Assembly (NCBI GenBank): GCA_016841875.1 | Contig: JAENYG010000001.1 | Location: forward strand, 139,247-203,246 | Source: Syntrophomonas sp. | GTDB lineage: Bacteria > Bacillota > Syntrophomonadia > Syntrophomonadales > Syntrophomonadaceae | Direction of reading: 5' to 3' | Length of the DNA: 64,000 nucleotides | Shown here: in pieces, positions 53,591-63,026 of the stretch | How positions within the stretch are numbered: position 1 is the stretch's first letter | How the letters are laid out: every line of letters starts with the position of its first letter | The notes under the pieces: model-generated | Database searches by the model: none | What the model was told of the DNA's origin: nothing | What the model saw: only the letters and a program-made list of their open reading frames with translations | Program-made: the position numbers and the translations under genes

Positions 53591-53907
53591 CCATTCAATA
53601 CGGGAAAAAACAACTTATAGGGGATCTGAGTTAATAATATTCTACGCAAGATGCCAGGCCGATGATAGAGCTCCCTTCGGGCACCACCCCTAAGGGGGCT
53701 TCTGTCATCGGCTTGAACTCTATCTATGCAAAGGAACGGGCCGGGATGGGGCCAGGATAAACCCTGAATGGCTTACAATCATCATAATTGTTTCATTTCA
53801 ATAACTCCCAGGTTAAATTAAACTCTATTTTAGGGCAGGAATGAACAGCTTTAATATAGAAAAGATATGCAATGTTATTAAATGGGAAATATTCGAGGTG
53901 CTTACCC

Positions 53908-54606
53908 ATGAAGCTTAAAGTAAATCAAAATAAATCTTCAAACCATACAGATAGATTAGACTTCCAGGAAAATCCGCCCCCCAAGACTCCGCTCAAAAAT
54001 CTCCGGCTGGGTCTGCTTATTTTACTTATTTTCTCAGTGGCATTGGCAGCAACTTTGTTTTTTTCCAGGTCTAACCAGACTTTCATCTCGAAACTGGCAG
54101 AACATTTTCCGGCCGTCCACTCTCCCGAAATATCTTCAATCAGTCAGGATCATGAGAAATTATTGCCTGCCGCAGATTATGAATTTCTCAAGAAACTGGA
54201 ACGCTCTCAAACTGCGGTAGATAATGCCATGCAGACCGTTAATGACTATCACAAAATTCCCTGGGCTGATCTTGATAAAACAGCTTATACTGATGCACTC
54301 CTGGCAGGGATGGATGTCTGTGTACAAGAAGAAAAACGAATTGCCGAGCTTGATATGCCCTCTCATTTTGAACAATTAACTGCTTTGACCAGTGAATATA
54401 TTAACTATTCAAACCAGGCATTAATCAGCTGGCACGATGGTTCCAGTACTTCAAATCAAAGCACCATGGACCAGGGTATTCATTTTTATGAGCAGGCTCT
54501 AGAAAAAAGGAAGCAGTACTTTATAGATTTTGAGAATTACTTAAAAAGTATGGGATATACCTATGAAAAACAGGGGGATAGAATTATTTATCAATATGAA
54601 TCCTAG
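53908..54606 (+). CDS. hypothetical membrane-anchored protein
   Basis: ATG lies behind GAGGTG. One TM helix (LGLLILLIFSVALAATLFF) and a helical ectodomain. Confidence 0.5.
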   Translation: MKLKVNQNKSSNHTDRLDFQENPPPKTPLKNLRLGLLILLIFSVALAATLFFSRSNQTFISKLAEHFPAVHSPEISSISQDHEKLLPAADYEFLKKLERSQTAVDNAMQTVNDYHKIPWADLDKTAYTDALLAGMDVCVQEEKRIAELDMPSHFEQLTALTSEYINYSNQALISWHDGSSTSNQSTMDQGIHFYEQALEKRKQYFIDFENYLKSMGYTYEKQGDRIIYQYES

Positions 54607-54771
54607 TCCCGGTTAAAATAATTAGGTCAGTACCTCTATTTACTATCCCCATAGAAATATGTAAATTAATAATTTCAGGGAACTTGGACGGTCATCTAAT
54701 TAAAATTTAAGTTTGGTCGCCTTCGAAACTCTCCTGATAAAAACTATTATGGCATCACAGAAACTAAATAT

Positions 54772-55851
54772 CTACACCAAATAAAAACCAAAGCCTACAA
54801 TAGCATATGCTCCCAGCAGCAAACATCCTTCCAGCCAGTTTGACTCTCCATCCAGGCTTATAAACTGGGCGATTATAACTGCCAGTCCAACGGCCACAAT
54901 TTCATAATAATTAAATTCAATGGTCATAGGAGTTCCCAATAAAAAACTAATAAATATGAGTATGGGGGTCACCAGGAGTGCAATCTGGGTACTGGAACCG
55001 ATCGCTATTTCAAAAGCCAGGTCCATCTTATTCTTAAAGGCCATCAATACCGCGGCAAAATGCTCAGCAGCATTACCTATAACTGGTATGATAATTATTC
55101 CTATAAAGAATTCTGACCAGCCCAGGGTCTGGGTGACCGGTTCTATGCCGCTAACTAAAAACTCACTCTCTACCGCTATTAATATCGTACTCAATCCCAG
55201 CAATATCAGGGACTTACGTTTGCTCCACCGACCAGAAGTTTCAGTTATTTCACAAACCACATCCTGACGCCGCATACTGAAGAACAATCCCAGAAAATAA
55301 ATGACAAAAAGAATAACCGCTACCAGCAGACTAAACTCCCGCAGTGCATATCCGGCCTGATTATGAAAGAAGACCGCCGGGATGATCAAGGCAATCACAG
55401 AAAGAAACATCAGGCTGGTCTGATTGGTAACATGTACCCGATCAAAAGACTGAATGCCATTTTTGATCCCGCCCACCAGAATAGAAAGCCCTAAAACCAG
55501 CAGGATATTTCCAAGAATACTGCCGGCTATAGAAGCTTTAACCACTGAAAACAGACCTGCTTTAAGTGCAAACAGTGTTATTAAAAGCTCGGTAGCATTA
55601 CCAAAAGTGGCATTGAGCAGGCCTCCCACCTTTTCACCCACATAACCGGACAGGTTATCGGTAGCTTCACCCATAATACCTGCCAGGGGGATAATAGACA
55701 GACAAGCGGCAAAAAACACCGCTATCTCTTGGCCGGTATATTCAAAATAGAAGCTGAAGAGAATCGCGGGCAGAAAATAATATAAAATATTTCCCAATAT
55801 AGTCCCTCCTGGAAAATTTGTCTCCGGGTTCATTATACGCAGTATATTCAC
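54772..55851 (-). CDS. cax: Ca2+/H+ antiporter (CaCA family)
   Basis: The two alpha-repeats are GNATELLITLFALKAG and GNAAEHFAAVLMAFKNKMDLAFEIAIGSS. 359 aa, about 11 TM helices. Confidence 0.85.
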   Translation of the reverse strand: MNILRIMNPETNFPGGTILGNILYYFLPAILFSFYFEYTGQEIAVFFAACLSIIPLAGIMGEATDNLSGYVGEKVGGLLNATFGNATELLITLFALKAGLFSVVKASIAGSILGNILLVLGLSILVGGIKNGIQSFDRVHVTNQTSLMFLSVIALIIPAVFFHNQAGYALREFSLLVAVILFVIYFLGLFFSMRRQDVVCEITETSGRWSKRKSLILLGLSTILIAVESEFLVSGIEPVTQTLGWSEFFIGIIIIPVIGNAAEHFAAVLMAFKNKMDLAFEIAIGSSTQIALLVTPILIFISFLLGTPMTIEFNYYEIVAVGLAVIIAQFISLDGESNWLEGCLLLGAYAIVGFGFYLV

Positions 55852-55997
55852 TGAAAAACAAGAAAATATCTTGAATATCTTAGCATCTGCAGGTTTTTAG
55901 CATAATTTTGAATATCTTTACTTTTTACATATTATTTAACTGCATTTTACCATTAAATGCTATACTTACTAATAATCAATATACAGGAGTTGATATC

Positions 55998-56471
55998 ATG
56001 GCCTTTAAGCCCAAACCAAGCTCAGCTTCAGCAGTTTCACTAACCCAGATAGTGCTCCCCTTCCAGGCCAATGTTGCTGGCAATATGCATGGGGGCGAAG
56101 TCATGAAAATGATGGACTCGGCTGCGGGAGTAGTAGCAGCCAGACACAGCCGGTGTAATGTGGTTACTGCTAGTGTAACCAATCTTTCTTTTATTGAGCC
56201 GGTCTTTGTAGGAGATCTAGTAATCTGCAATGCGGAACTCACATATACAGGCACTACATCCTTAGAGGTTCATGTGTGCGTCAAGGCGGAAGATATGGAA
56301 AAAGGAATCACCCGCCAGGTTTCGGAAGGTTATTTCTTCATGGTAGCCCTGGATCGCAATGGGCGTCCCAGCAGAGTGGCGCCGCTCTTAATAGAAAATG
56401 AAAAACAAGAAAGATGCCTGGAAGCAGCCAAGCAACGCATAGAAATAATGAAGAAATCAGCCCGCAAATAA
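55998..56471 (+). CDS. acyl-CoA thioesterase (hotdog fold, YciA-like)
   Basis: ATG lies behind CAGGAG. QIVLPFQANVAGNMHGGEVMKMMDSAAGVVAARH. Confidence 0.75.
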   Translation: MAFKPKPSSASAVSLTQIVLPFQANVAGNMHGGEVMKMMDSAAGVVAARHSRCNVVTASVTNLSFIEPVFVGDLVICNAELTYTGTTSLEVHVCVKAEDMEKGITRQVSEGYFFMVALDRNGRPSRVAPLLIENEKQERCLEAAKQRIEIMKKSARK

Positions 56472-56477
56472 TCAACA

Positions 56478-56554
56478 ATGACACAAGGGGACGTTTTTGC
56501 TGTGTCATTTTCACCAATAGTAGAATGACACAGCAAAAACGTCCCCTTGTGTCA
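56478..56554. terminator. 31-bp-arm inverted repeat (bidirectional terminator) with nested hairpins
   Basis: ATGACACAAGGGGACGTTTTTGCTGTGTCAT (56478..56508) pairs with 56525..56554 at 30 of 31 positions. Each arm is itself a TGACACA...TGTGTCA hairpin. Confidence 0.7.
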
Positions 56555-56560
56555 CTCCGT

Positions 56561-57340
56561 TTAACGTAATGCAGCCTTGATATCTTCTGTAAGTTTCTCC
56601 ATCTCTTTATATTTCTGTTCTGCAATCAGTTCTACCAGAGCACTACCTACAATAACCGCATCACAGAATGGCGCCATATCCCTGGCCCTGGCAGGACCAG
56701 ATACTCCAAATCCTATCGCCAGTGGCAGATCGGTATACCTGCGTACTGTTGAACTTAATAAATTCAGATCTGTTTCAATATGCTCCCGTACACCTGTAAC
56801 TCCTGCAACTGATACACAATAGATAAATCCCCGAGCTGAACTGCATATGACCTCCAAACGTTCAGGAGTAGTAGTGGGAGCCACCATGGGTATTAAGTCC
56901 AACTGGTATTCATCTGCATAAATGCGGAGCATTTCGCTTTCTTCATAGGGAAGATCGGGTATTATCATTCCATTTACTCCGCTTGCTTGAGCCTGAGCGC
57001 AGAACTCTTGAAGGCCAAACTGAAGAATAGGATTATAGTAACTCATTATAACTATCGGAACGGATATTTCCTGGCGAGCATCGGCAATCATCTGTAAAAT
57101 GGATCCTGCTGCAGCACCGTTGGCCAGGGCTCGATTGGAAGCCGCCTGTATAACCGGTCCATCAGCTACCGGATCTGAGAAAGGCAATCCTACCTCTATG
57201 ATATCCGCTCCAGCTTTCGCCATGGAAAGCATAATTTTCAGGCTGCTTTTAATATCCGGATCCCCACCAGTCATATAGGTGATGAGCCCCTTTTCACCGC
57301 TGCTGACCAGATTTTTGAGTCTCTCAGTAATTATGCTCAT
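56561..57340 (-). CDS. trpA: tryptophan synthase alpha chain
   Basis: [17 protein letters not shown] and GFGVS motifs. 4-nt overlap with trpB. Confidence 0.95.
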   Translation of the reverse strand: MSIITERLKNLVSSGEKGLITYMTGGDPDIKSSLKIMLSMAKAGADIIEVGLPFSDPVADGPVIQAASNRALANGAAAGSILQMIADARQEISVPIVIMSYYNPILQFGLQEFCAQAQASGVNGMIIPDLPYEESEMLRIYADEYQLDLIPMVAPTTTPERLEVICSSARGFIYCVSVAGVTGVREHIETDLNLLSSTVRRYTDLPLAIGFGVSGPARARDMAPFCDAVIVGSALVELIAEQKYKEMEKLTEDIKAALR

Positions 57341-58536
57341 ATATGCTCCCCCTTGTATTGAACTATACTCTCGACATCTTTATCACCCCGGCCCGATAGA
57401 TTTACCACCACCATTTTATCCGCCGGCATACTCGATGCCATGCGAACTGCCTCTACCAGAGCATGAGCACTCTCTATGGCGGGCAGGATGCCTTCGGTAA
57501 AACTGAGCAGTCTGAAAGCTTCCAGTGCTTCACTATCAGTTGCACTGGTATACCTTACCCTGCCTATGTCCTTCAAATATGCATGTTCAGGACCAACTCC
57601 CGGGTAATCCAATCCCGGAGCAATAGAATGAACCTCACTTATCTGTCCTTCTATATCCTGCAGAATATAACTGAACGACCCATGCAGTACCCCAGGCCGT
57701 CCCTTATTAATAGTTGCCGAGTGCCTGCCGCTGTCAAGACCTTCTCCCCCTGCTTCAACACCCACCAACTGTACCTCTATATCCTGCAGAAATGGGTGGA
57801 AAATACCTATAGCATTAGATCCTCCTCCTACACAGGCAACTACCGCATCTGGTAACCTCCCGGTAAGTTCAAGGATCTGCTGCCGGGTCTCCCTCCCTAT
57901 AACCGTTTGTAAATCCCTTACTATCATGGGGTAAGGATGAGGCCCACCTACTGAACCCAACAGGTAATAGGTATTATCAACATTACTAACCCAATCTCGG
58001 ATGGCTTCGTTCATGGCATCCTTAAGAGTTCGGCTGCCAGATTTTACTGGTATAACTTCTGCGCCCAGAAGTTTCATCCTGGATACATTGAGATGCTGTC
58101 TTACCGTATCCTCTTCTCCCATATATATAACACATTCAAAGCCCAGCAGTGCTGCTACAGTAGCTGTAGCCACCCCGTGCTGACCGGCTCCGGTCTCGGC
58201 AATAAGACGGGTTTTACCCATACGCTGAGCCAGGAGAGCCTGGCCCATAGTGTTATTTATTTTGTGAGAACCAGTATGGTTCAAATCCTCCCGTTTCAGA
58301 TAAATCTGGGCTCCACCCAGGTATTTACTCAACCGCTGAGCAGGATACAGCAGCGAAGGACGACCCACATAATTTTTCAAATACCAGGCTAGATCCCTGG
58401 TGAAACCCTTATCTTTTTGGGCTTCCAAATAAGCTGTTTCAAGTTCCTGCAGCGCTGGCATAAGGGTTTCCGGCATGAACCTCCCCCCATATTTATCAAA
58501 GTAACCGCCTTTGGCGGGCATCCCTGAATTCAACAT
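57337..58536 (-). CDS. trpB: tryptophan synthase beta chain
   Basis: [16 protein letters not shown] (PLP lysine) and GGGSNAIG. 399 aa. Confidence 0.95.
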   Translation of the reverse strand: MLNSGMPAKGGYFDKYGGRFMPETLMPALQELETAYLEAQKDKGFTRDLAWYLKNYVGRPSLLYPAQRLSKYLGGAQIYLKREDLNHTGSHKINNTMGQALLAQRMGKTRLIAETGAGQHGVATATVAALLGFECVIYMGEEDTVRQHLNVSRMKLLGAEVIPVKSGSRTLKDAMNEAIRDWVSNVDNTYYLLGSVGGPHPYPMIVRDLQTVIGRETRQQILELTGRLPDAVVACVGGGSNAIGIFHPFLQDIEVQLVGVEAGGEGLDSGRHSATINKGRPGVLHGSFSYILQDIEGQISEVHSIAPGLDYPGVGPEHAYLKDIGRVRYTSATDSEALEAFRLLSFTEGILPAIESAHALVEAVRMASSMPADKMVVVNLSGRGDKDVESIVQYKGEHI

Positions 58537-58595
58537 CTAATTTGCCTCCTTTAAATAAACACACATTCAGCTTTCTACCCCAATTTTGCCATAGA

Positions 58596-58629
58596 TAAAA
58601 AGAACGACCAGGCCCTGAGGGGCCATCGC
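58596..58629 (-). terminator. terminator-like hairpin inside the trpBA leader (candidate attenuator)
   Basis: On the minus strand: CGATGGCCC-CTCA-GGGCCTGGTCG followed by TTCTTTTTAT, about 60 nt upstream of the trpB ATG. Confidence 0.5.
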
Positions 58630-59367
58630 ATCATAACACAAGTCTTCATGTAGGGGATGCCTCCTAACTCACCGCTTATATAGCCTGCTGCGCAGCCAGG
58701 TGTCTGTATTCAATAAGTCCTGGTACATATCCGAAAATTTAAATGGAATTTAGATCAAAATTCCCATTAAAAATATCAGCAAGTCTATATCCAGTATTAT
58801 TCAGGAAATAAGGGTATTTGACGTTAATCACTTATGGAACATTTTAGAAGTGCCGGGTTCAGGAGCATAAAGAACATACTTAATAACGGTATACCTGCGG
58901 CAGCCGATTTGAATACCCAACTGCTGTGATATAAAACCAAGGAACAGAAAATAGTAAAACCGCTGCATAATGAGCACCGGTAACAATAAACTTCACCTGA
59001 ACTAATCTAAACTCATCTCGTCTCTAAACTCGGCTCATCTCGTCTCATCATAATATTAATTTTTTGTACTATAGCACTTTCATTCAAATCATGTCAACAA
59101 TTTTTTCGGTCTTAGCTAAGTACTCCCTCTAATAGCACCGGGGCAGTTGTCCTGATTTATCAAGTACGATAATACTATATGCCTAAATAAATTTCCTAAT
59201 TACTTTTTTCGACTTTTTTTTTGGCATAAATATGATAAATTAGTAATTGATATATCAAATATTATTAAATAAGCAAAAAACAAGTCTATTTGTGTATGCA
59301 TATCAATCAGAAGTCACCACTATACTCTATCCCACTTAAACTATTAACTACCAGGGAGAAGAATTAC

Positions 59368-62300
59368 ATGAAAGAATATGCAAATATGACCAGAGAAAAT
59401 TTATTGACTGAAATTAAGGATCTAAAAAATCAATTACTGCTGCTGCAAAATAGGCCTCCCAATTATAGTCCGCCAGAACATGATTTAATTCCATTTATCG
59501 AAGATCACAGCGAGATAATAACCCGCTTAGCACCTGATGGTACCATTTTGTTTATGAATCCGGCTGGGGGCCTTTATTTCGGTACACCATTCGAAGAATT
59601 AGTGGCAGTTAATATAGATAAGATAATAACGCCACATTACAATAAGGAATTAAAGTATCTGATGACTCTCCTCTCCCCCGAAAATACGGTAGTAAATTGT
59701 GGAAAAGGACTGCCTGCCATTAATGAATCCCTTTATTATAAAAATTGGAGAATACGCGGCCTTTTTAGAGAAGACGCTCTGGTTGAAGTTCAGCTGGTAG
59801 GAAAAGACATTGCTGATCAAAAATTTTTCGAAAAAATTCTTGACCAGACTAGGCAAAATCTGCATACCGAAATTCTACGGTATAGGCAGGCGGAACAGGA
59901 CTATTATGAATTATTTGATAAAGCTAACGAAATTATCTATTCCCATGATTTCGAAGGCAGACTGCTGTTCATTAATGATAATGGGGAAAAAATACTGGGG
60001 TTTGAACCCGGAACTCTAAAGGGCAGATCCATTTATGATTTAATAGTCCCTCAGAACCACCAGCTGGTCAGAGAAATGATCAAAGTCAAACTAAACAATG
60101 AACAGCGCACTAATTATGAACTTCCGGTACAGAAGGCAAACGGAGAGATAAGGACTCTAGAACTCAGCTCCCGGCTAATTTACCGGGAAAATCAGCCTTA
60201 CGCCATAATGGGTATAGCACGTGATATTACCGAACGAAAGCATTTTGAAGATGCCCTGCAGGAAGGTGAAGCAAAATTTAGAAAACTGGCCGAGACATCG
60301 CCCGCTTTCATAGTTGTTGTACAGGGAAATCACTACAAGTATGTTAACCCCCATTTTGAAAAACTAACCGGCTACCACCAGGAAGACCTGCTGCATATGA
60401 ATTTCTGGGATATAATCCATCCTGACTATCGAGATCTGGTAAGAGAGCGTGGTCTGGCCCGACAGCAGGGAACATGCTTAACATTCCGATATGAATTTAA
60501 AATCAATACAAAAAACGGCAGAGAAATCTGGATCGATTTCGCATCCGACCTTATCGAATATGAGGGCGAACCTGCTGTTATTGGGACTGGCTATGATATA
60601 AGCTCCAAAAAGGAACTGGAACATGCTCTTAGGAATAGTGAAGAGAACTTTCGTAAACTCGCCAATACGGCTCCCGCTTTAATCTTTGTAATCCAGAAAT
60701 ATAGATTCCGTTATGTCAATACCATCTTTACTAATGTCATCCAATATAACTCCTATGACATCCTGGAGTTAAATGCTCTGGACATCGTTCACCCCTCTTT
60801 CAAGACCCTGGTAGAGACTAACCTGTTGAAACTGCAGTCCGGAGAAATATCAGCTTTTCGCCAGGATATCATTATCTTTAGTAAGAGCGGGCAGGAATAC
60901 TGGATGGATCTATCAGCTGATATTATCGATTATGAAGGAAAACCTGCGGTCATCGCTACCGCTTATGATATTACGTCTAAAAAGGAATTGGAAAATGCTT
61001 TGAGAAATAGTGAAGAAAACTTCCGCGCCCTTACTGATACCGCGTCCGCCTTGATCTTTGTTATCCACCGGTACCGTTATATTTACGTTAATTCTATGTT
61101 TCGGGCCATTACCAAATTCAGCAACCATGACCTGGGGGATATGAATTCTCTTGATCCAGTTCATCCTGAATTCAGAGAGCTAGTGAAATATAACCTGGCC
61201 AGGATACAATCAGGGGAAATCAGTATTTTCCGCCATACTATTAAGATGATCAATAAAATAGGTCAGGAATACTGGATCGATTTTTCCGCCCGGGCGATTG
61301 AATTTCAGGGTAAGCAGGCGATAATCGGAACCGCCTATGATGTAACAGATAACCATAAGCTGCAGGTAGCTCTGGGAAACAGCGAGTCAAGCTTCCGCCA
61401 GCTGGCAGAAACCGCTCCTGCTCTAATCTATGTCATACAGGGAAGTGAACTGGTCTTCTTCAACCTGGAGACCGAACGGGTTACCGGTTACAGCAGAGAA
61501 GAACTGGTCAATATGAAGAACTGGGAATTTATTCATCCTGATCATAGGGGGTGGGTAAACGACCTTACTTTAGCCCGTCAGCGGGGGGAAAACGTTCCCA
61601 GTCGTTACGAAACGGTCATCTTAAATAAAAAAGGAGAATCGATCTGGATCGAAGTTGCAGTGAGTATCATTAATTTCAACAACCAACCCGCATCCATGGG
61701 GGTAGGAATAGATATTACCAAACGCAAAAAAGCTATGGAACAAATTAAATTCCTAAGTTATCATGATCGCTTGACTGGCCTTTACAACCGGGCTTTTTTA
61801 GAAGAAAAATTAAAAAAATGGGACGATGAGAAACACCTTCCCCTGAGTATCATTATGGGGGATGTTAATGGACTTAAAATGATAAACGATGCTCTGGGCC
61901 ATCATCAGGGTGATCGATTGCTTAATATGGCAGCTGACTCACTTAAATCATGCTGCCGAAAAAAAGATCTAATAGCCCGTTGGGGGGGAGATGAGTTCGT
62001 CATATTACTGCCCCGCACCGATGGAAAAACCGCATCAGAGATATGTGAAAAAATAACCGGCATTTTTAATGGCCAAAGAGAATTCCCGCTGCAGGTGAGT
62101 ATTTCCCTGGGTGCAGCCACTAAAACCGAAGTACAGCAGAAAATGTCAGAAATCAGTCGGGAAGCCGAAGATAGGATGTACCGCAACAAGCTGCTGGAAA
62201 GCAAGAGCAACCGCAGTACATTTATCCGATCCCTGGAAAAAACCCTCTGGACCCGCAGCCACGAAACTCAGAACCATACCGGCCGCCTGCGCAAACTGGT

Positions 62301-62790
62301 ATCAGAGATTGGCAATGCTCTAGAGCTGGACAGCAGCGAGATTAATAACTTGACCCTGCTGGCAGCTTTGCATGATATAGGTAAAATAGCCATACCCAAC
62401 AGTATACTGGACAAAAAGGATAAACTCACTGTTGATGAATGGGAAATGATGAAGAAGCATCCCGAAATAGGATATCGTATTGCCATGTCTTCTCCAGAAC
62501 TGACCGCCATAGCCGAGTGCATATTGACCCATCATGAACGCTGGGATGGTAACGGTTATCCACTGGGGCTGGAAGAAACTAATATACCTCTTCTATCACG
62601 TATATTGGCGATTGCAGATGCCTATGATGTTATGCTGCACGGACGACCTTACCAGGAAAAAATAACTGTTGATGAAGCCCTGCAAGAAATCCACCGGTGT
62701 GCCGGCACCCAATTCGATCCGAGCCTGGCCCGGCTGTTCATCAAACTTATAAGAAAAGATAAGCTTATAATGCCCAGTGAAGCTGGATAA
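59368..62790 (+). CDS. multi-PAS sensor with GGDEF and HD-GYP output domains
   Basis: ATG lies behind AGGGAGAAG. An N-terminal coiled coil is followed by about five PAS/PAC modules. Then RLTGLYNR...GGDEF (RWGGDEFVILL) and HHERWDGNGYPLGL. Confidence 0.9.
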   Translation: MKEYANMTRENLLTEIKDLKNQLLLLQNRPPNYSPPEHDLIPFIEDHSEIITRLAPDGTILFMNPAGGLYFGTPFEELVAVNIDKIITPHYNKELKYLMTLLSPENTVVNCGKGLPAINESLYYKNWRIRGLFREDALVEVQLVGKDIADQKFFEKILDQTRQNLHTEILRYRQAEQDYYELFDKANEIIYSHDFEGRLLFINDNGEKILGFEPGTLKGRSIYDLIVPQNHQLVREMIKVKLNNEQRTNYELPVQKANGEIRTLELSSRLIYRENQPYAIMGIARDITERKHFEDALQEGEAKFRKLAETSPAFIVVVQGNHYKYVNPHFEKLTGYHQEDLLHMNFWDIIHPDYRDLVRERGLARQQGTCLTFRYEFKINTKNGREIWIDFASDLIEYEGEPAVIGTGYDISSKKELEHALRNSEENFRKLANTAPALIFVIQKYRFRYVNTIFTNVIQYNSYDILELNALDIVHPSFKTLVETNLLKLQSGEISAFRQDIIIFSKSGQEYWMDLSADIIDYEGKPAVIATAYDITSKKELENALRNSEENFRALTDTASALIFVIHRYRYIYVNSMFRAITKFSNHDLGDMNSLDPVHPEFRELVKYNLARIQSGEISIFRHTIKMINKIGQEYWIDFSARAIEFQGKQAIIGTAYDVTDNHKLQVALGNSESSFRQLAETAPALIYVIQGSELVFFNLETERVTGYSREELVNMKNWEFIHPDHRGWVNDLTLARQRGENVPSRYETVILNKKGESIWIEVAVSIINFNNQPASMGVGIDITKRKKAMEQIKFLSYHDRLTGLYNRAFLEEKLKKWDDEKHLPLSIIMGDVNGLKMINDALGHHQGDRLLNMAADSLKSCCRKKDLIARWGGDEFVILLPRTDGKTASEICEKITGIFNGQREFPLQVSISLGAATKTEVQQKMSEISREAEDRMYRNKLLESKSNRSTFIRSLEKTLWTRSHETQNHTGRLRKLVSEIGNALELDSSEINNLTLLAALHDIGKIAIPNSILDKKDKLTVDEWEMMKKHPEIGYRIAMSSPELTAIAECILTHHERWDGNGYPLGLEETNIPLLSRILAIADAYDVMLHGRPYQEKITVDEALQEIHRCAGTQFDPSLARLFIKLIRKDKLIMPSEAG

Positions 62791-63026
62791 TCGAACCTTT
62801 CTGAAATTTTTATTTCGCCTGAGAAAAAATATAGCTTATCCTACAAGCCCCCCATGCTCCCTTAGAATACAAAATGGTCCGAAAAATTCCTTTGACAAAA
62901 GAAATTCATGCTGATAGTTTATTATCACTGGATTAAAAAAACGATCCGCTTTTGCCGATAACGGGTAAAATAATTTTGTTATGTTCAAAGATACTATATA
63001 TATAATTGGATGGGGAGACTTGGAAA

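Noticed and set aside
58537-58900. T-box riboswitch or TRAP binding array in the trpBA leader
   Set aside because: I searched the minus strand by eye for the conserved T-box sequence, AGAGA/GNUGGNA Stem-I elements and spaced (G/U)AG triplets, and found none. Only a terminator-like hairpin is reported.
59007-59046. Direct repeats CTCATCTCGTCTC (59012 and 59034) and CTAAACTC (59007 and 59024)
   Set aside because: There are only two short copies in an AT-rich intergenic region more than 300 nt from either flanking start codon. That is too little to call a regulatory site.
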